From NCBI RefSeq assembly GCF_009914755.1, contig NC_060932.1: a DNA stretch of 64,000 nucleotides. One strand, given 5' to 3'. The position numbers and the translations under genes are program-made. Below the pieces are notes generated by a model that saw nothing but the letters and a program-made list of their open reading frames with translations, was not told where the DNA came from and searched no databases. This document shows, in pieces, positions 1 through 64,000 of the stretch (positions are counted from its first letter, which is position 1; each line of letters starts with the position of its first letter). Source of the stretch: the human T2T-CHM13v2.0 reference genome, Homo sapiens.

Positions 1-1
1 T

Positions 2-1604
<1,603 letters not shown>

Positions 1605-1919
1605 AAGAAATCATTCTATGTAATCTGCCAAGACAGCAAAGATTCACTGTCTTACCAGAAAAATTTTCTGAGCTTTACACTGACTTCACTGTCTGAAAAA
1701 GGAGATTCAGGCCATGTGTCTTTGACAGAAGAGGCCCAGAGTGGCACTGAGTTCCCCTCAGCAAGTCACATCAGGATGCACGTGTGGCCCACAAGTCCTA
1801 CTGCTAGTCAGTGGGCAAAGAAGGGCTCTACCAGGTGTCTATGCTGTAAAATCACCATTTTCACTCTCAATCATTAGTACGTGTTTGGCTGAGGTACTTT
1901 AAAACCATGGTACTTCAAA

Positions 1920-2240
1920 AAGTGCCATGCTGGCTGTGAAGGTGTAGGGGCCACCTAGGAGGACACTCAGAGGCCTCCAGGAATTGAGAATCATGCTCCA
2001 GCCGTCAGTCAGCAAGGAGACAGGAACCTTGGTCCTCCAATCACATGGAACTGAATCCTGCCAACAACCTAGATGGGGAGTGAACAAGCCTGGACTAGCC
2101 AACACCTTGAATTCAGTCACATGACTTAACAGAGAACCCAGCTGAGCCCATTTGGACTTGTGTCCTACAAATCTACGAAATAATCAATGGGTGCTAATTT
2201 AAGCTAAGTTTATAAGAACTTATTACACACCAAACAATCA
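1920..2240 (+). mobile_element. MaLR LTR fragment (MLT1-type)
   Basis: Resembles MLT1 3' half (cagcaaggagacaggaacc...gaactgaatcctgccaacaacc...tttaagctaagttt). Confidence 0.6.
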
Positions 2241-2249
2241 AACAAAAAA

Positions 2250-4170
<1,921 letters not shown>

Positions 4171-5439
4171 AAAACACTAACTTCTGTCTCTAACATGATA
4201 GATTTTGTTTTGTCACCTAATTTTGCTTACTTTCTGCTTTTCTCAATTATCGAATCATCTAGATAGGGTACATGTTTAACAGGCAAATCCTTTAAAACAA
4301 TCACAGTAACTTCCTTTACTAATCTAAAACTTTTCAATGAGTTAACAGAACTCAAAAAAGAAAATTAAATACTATAAAGATATATGCTATCAGATATATT
4401 CATTTTACTAAGTGATGTATTTGTCATGAATACTCAAATAATGGCACTCCTTATATAAATGTGAATTTTAAAAGCTATAAAGGTTAACTAGTTTGTAATT
4501 TTGGTCTCTAAAATATGCTTGTTATTACAATCTGTAAAAAAATCGTGACTCTTTCTTCATGAACTCTGCATATGCACTGAGGATGTCAGAAAAAGGAGAC
4601 ACAGTGCATGAAATCTGTCACACAACTTTCACTTAATGTTTCCAAGCCAATAAGATTTAACAATAAAATAATGATTTACACAGGTAAAACCTCACAATTT
4701 TTTTTCTGTATTTCTTTTTTTGGCCTCATGAAGAAAAAAACCTTATAAATTAATACTTGACTTCTACTGTGAAGATAGTAAAGCTTAAATTCTTACAAAT
4801 ACTTCAGTCTTTCTCCCAACAGAATCTTTTTGCTTGCATCGGATGACAATGTCTCTTTTCATTCCAGTTTAAGTCTGTGCCCCACCCCAACTCTGAAGTC
4901 CTACTTTTTCTTTTCTTGACTAGTAATATTTTGACCTGGGCAGATAATTTTTTTCTTTGACTCTTTTCCCAAACCTGTTTTTTCTATGATGACATTTTTT
5001 TCGCAATTCTTAGCTACCATTAGTGTGCTTCACCAGTTATGTTTTAAAAAGCAATAAAAATCTAGTGAAAGTAAAAATACAAAATTACTGTTGAATTTTC
5101 TGAAGTGTTTAATTCCTGACTGATTTATTCAACAAGTTTTTTTTGCAAAGCAGTGTATTAGGAGTCATAAAAATTTCAAGGTATTGAAGACAGTACTTGT
5201 CTTTGAAGATTTTATAAATCTTAGTAAGCTATAAGTGAGTAAATGAAAAATTTTTTAATACCTCAACTATATTTCTTTATCACAATTAGAGTCAGATAAA
5301 TTAGGGAAATTACAAAAATAGCAATCAAACATATTTTGAACACACTGGGCTTAAATTTCAGAAGTTACAAAAATACAGTCCTACCTATTATAGTTACTCC
5401 ATTTCCATTTTAATTACAATACACATCACAATTCTTCTA

Positions 5440-38581
<33,142 letters not shown>

Positions 38582-38688
38582 CTACTTGGTGTTGGACTTG
38601 GCTAAATAAATACCAGAGGCAGATAAAACAAGCGAGGGGCCTAGGTCAAGAGTTCCAAGTTTGTTCCTCGATAAAAAACGACAAACGC

Positions 38689-38800
38689 GGTCGGGGGCGG
38701 TGATGCCCGCCTGCAGTCCCAACACTTTAGGAAGCTGAGGCGGGGGGATCGCAGGAGTTCGAGACCAGTCTGGGCAACATAATGAGACCATCCCCACCAC
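38689..38800 (+). mobile_element. Alu monomer (FLAM-like) inside the bidirectional promoter
   Basis: ggtcgggggcggtgatgcccgcctgcagtcccaacacttt...ggagttcgagaccagtctgggcaacat. Confidence 0.8.
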
Positions 38801-38957
38801 CTCCCGTCCTTAATTTTTTTTAATAAAAAAAATCTTTAAGTGAGAAATGCATCTGTAATGTCCTTATTAACCAAAAACGCCTAAGGGATAAAGAAGCACA
38901 CGCTCCCTAGCCAACGCTAGAGGAACACACCCCGAGAGCTGGTGCTGTAGGACCCAG

Positions 38958-38971
38958 TTTTCCCGCGAAAA
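38958..38971. promoter_or_regulatory. Overlapping inverted E2F sites TTTTCCCGCGAAAA
   Basis: TTTCCCGC on + and TTTCGCGG on -; MCM genes are established E2F targets. Confidence 0.75.
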
Positions 38972-39128
38972 CGCTGCCGCGCAGGGGGTCAGACCATCTG
39001 GACCAAGGGGGGCCGAGCGAGGCCTACTTCTGGTTTACGCACGGGCGCTGAAAGAAGCGGCACTGTCCCCCCCTGCCGATGCGCAGTGGCGCCTCCCGGA
39101 GGCGGAGCCACGTACGAGCGCCGCTGTG

Positions 39129-39177
39129 ATTGGTGAGGCCCCGCCAGGGGCGGAGACGACCTTGCCGCCGGCGGGAA
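39129..39177. promoter_or_regulatory. MCM4 proximal elements: inverted CCAAT (39129-39133), GC box (39147-39155), E2F site GGCGGGAA (39170-39177)
   Basis: Motif matches in the order typical of G1/S promoters. Confidence 0.65.
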
Positions 39178-39189
39178 CTCTGGGTCTCG

Positions 39190-39262
39190 CGGTTTGGGAG
39201 CGCTACTCGCCAGGTGGACTCGGAGTCCGCGAGCGTCGTCGGCAAGCGGCCGCCTTTCCACG
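39190..39262 (+). other. MCM4: MCM4 non-coding exon 1 (5' end approximate), followed by 116-nt 5' UTR intron 39263-39378
   Basis: Donor ACG/GTAACC at 39263 and pyrimidine-rich acceptor TTGTCCTTGTCGCGCAG ending 39378. Confidence 0.75.
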
Positions 39263-39392
39263 GTAACCGCGCGCCGGCGGGGAGGGCGTGGCGCGGAGCC
39301 GACGGGAACGTCCGCGCTGCGGAGCAGGGCAGGGAAGCCGGGAGGCGGGCCCGGCCCGAGCTTGTCCTTGTCGCGCAGGTACTCCGAGCACT

Positions 39393-55026
<15,634 letters not shown>

Positions 55027-55214
55027 AGCCTTGTGAGCAAGGAAGGCTCCCTGCATGTCCTGCTTGCTGCACGCCACATGGGTGTGGTCTGCATCTCAGT
55101 TGGCCGCCATCAGTGTAAATAGAGCTTAAAGTCATGGTTTGGCTGCATAAAAATTTTCTAACTTGGGTTCAATATTTGTAGTGAAGTATCTGTTTTCATT
55201 TTTTTCACGTTATA

Positions 55215-55220
55215 AATAAA
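55215..55220 (+). terminator. Candidate proximal MCM4 poly(A) signal AATAAA
   Basis: First AATAAA after the stop codon, with U-rich/UGUA sequence upstream. Confidence 0.6.
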
Positions 55221-55231
55221 AATACTATGCT

Positions 55232-56006
<775 letters not shown>

Positions 56007-56155
56007 TTTGTTTTATTTTTTATTTTTTGAGAGGTATGATTCTTTCTAGAGATTTTTTCTCATGGCTACTATTAGATCAGGAATGGGTGATTGGAGATTA
56101 TTAGATTCTAGGTTAACTTCTACCACTTTACCCTAATACATAAAACTTTTTCCTA

Positions 56156-56459
56156 AATAAATGATGGAAGGAATAATACTTGGTTACCTGGCATTATTTT
56201 TCAGTAAGAAAAAAGCTTTACTAACCACTACATTTATGGAAATTTGTAGGGGTAAGTATTTTATAGGTCATAAAAAACACCATAATATAACGAATCTCAT
56301 TTTCTTTAAATGTGAATTAAATCCTAACAGTCATCTTTATAAAATGACCATAGGCTAAAATCTTACGTGTAAGTACTACTACAATAAATAATTTCTGAAA
56401 CCTTTAAATCATATGAGTTGGGCCTTTTTTATAACTTGGAATCAACATTTTTTAATAAA
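56156..56459 (+). terminator. Candidate distal MCM4 poly(A) signals (AATAAA at 56156, 56383, 56454)
   Basis: Three canonical hexamers; 56383 has upstream TGTA and a downstream G/U- and U-rich tract. Confidence 0.65.
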
Positions 56460-56546
56460 GTATCCATAGAAAATGATAGATCTGGCCGGGCGCGGTGGCT
56501 CACACCTGTAATCCCAGCACTTTGGGAGGCCGAGATGGCTGGATCA

Positions 56547-56810
<264 letters not shown>

Positions 56811-56829
56811 TTAAAATGTTAGCAGTAGA

Positions 56830-57405
<576 letters not shown>

Positions 57406-57661
57406 TTAAATAATCTGTACTTATTGACTAAGATGATTTCCCCCTGAAGTTTATGTACTAGTAATATTTTTCTAAACCTAGTATTTGAATACCAAGTTGA
57501 AGGTATATTCAACTGTAGATGAAGTGTGTGTATAGTTTCATTTTAAGGGGATTTTAGTAGAATGAAAATAATGGGGTTGTCCTGTTGCTGTCAGGTTCCA
57601 TCATAGTGAATCTCAGTTTAATTCAGTAAACTTTGTTTTCTCCAGAGTCTAAAATAATTCA

Positions 57662-57768
57662 GTGCTTGCTTCAGCCACACATATGTGAGAATTGGAATGA
57701 TACACAAAAGATTATCATGGCCCCTGCACAAAGTTTGACACACAAATCCATGAAGCATTCTATACTTT
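57662..57768 (+). pseudogene. U6 snRNA processed pseudogene (full length, diverged)
   Basis: GTGCTTGCTTCAGCCACACATAT...ATTGGAATGATAC...ATGGCCCCTGCAC...TGAAGCATTCTATACTTT is colinear with U6; ACAGAGA box reads ACACAAA and AGC triad reads ATC; A-rich tail. Confidence 0.92.
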
Positions 57769-57786
57769 CAATAAAAACTAAAATTT

Positions 57787-63664
<5,878 letters not shown>

Positions 63665-63665
<1 letters not shown>

Positions 63666-63790
63666 AAAAAAAAAAAAAAAGGAAAGAAAGAAAGAAAGAG
63701 AAAGAGAGGGAAAGGAAAGGAAAAAGAAAAGGAAAGGAAGAGAGGGAGGGAGCAGGAAGGAGGAGGAGGGAAGGAAGGACGGAAGGAAAA
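63665..63790 (+). repeat. Polypurine (GAAA/GGAA/GGA)n tract from an Alu tail
   Basis: ~125 nt of almost pure A/G. Confidence 0.9.
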
Positions 63791-64000
63791 AATTATAAGA
63801 GGTTTTTCTTCACCTTTTAAGTAATCTGCCAAAGAAAGATTTTGTGTTTTATCAAAATAATTTCCTGTACTTGATCTTGTGTTTTATCAGGTCTTTCATT
63901 ACTTAAGAAAACTGAGTCCTCTCTATTAAAAGAGTGGATGTTTTCCCTACAACTCTGTAACTTTCTGTCTTTGTCTTTAAAATCTTTTGACTGTATGACT

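Noticed and set aside
57662-57768. Functional U6 snRNA gene
   Set aside because: ACAGAGA box and AGC triad mutated; no recognisable PSE/TATA upstream

Overview
Human genomic DNA from the PRKDC/MCM4 head-to-head locus (8q11.21 from established knowledge). The minus strand carries the first 21 coding exons of PRKDC (DNA-PKcs N-terminal HEAT region, 2419 nt of CDS; the gene runs out of the left edge). The plus strand carries the complete MCM4 gene (non-coding exon 1 plus 16 coding exons, 2592 nt CDS, 863 aa). The two genes share a ~1 kb CpG-island bidirectional promoter with E2F, CCAAT, GC-box and ETS-like motifs. All exons were assembled by hand with GT-AG boundaries and continuous reading frames. 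The rest is very repeat-dense: dozens of Alus (one AluYa5), L1, MIR/L2, MaLR/ERV remnants, DNA-transposon relics and a dead U6 retrocopy. Nearly all ORFs in the supplied track are Alu or GC-rich artefacts. I found no evidence of a new gene system. The best leads are RNA-level: a poly(A)-site choice gating inverted Alus in the MCM4 3' UTR, a G4-containing 5' UTR intron, a stop-free in-frame Alu extension into the MCM4 arginine finger, three inverted-Alu-bracketed in-frame exon pairs (circRNA/skipping candidates), and several template-switch scars (28-bp palindrome, 36-bp hairpin repeat, inverted Alu-tail stubs). Repeat subfamily names are from recalled consensus sequences and repeat boundaries are approximate.
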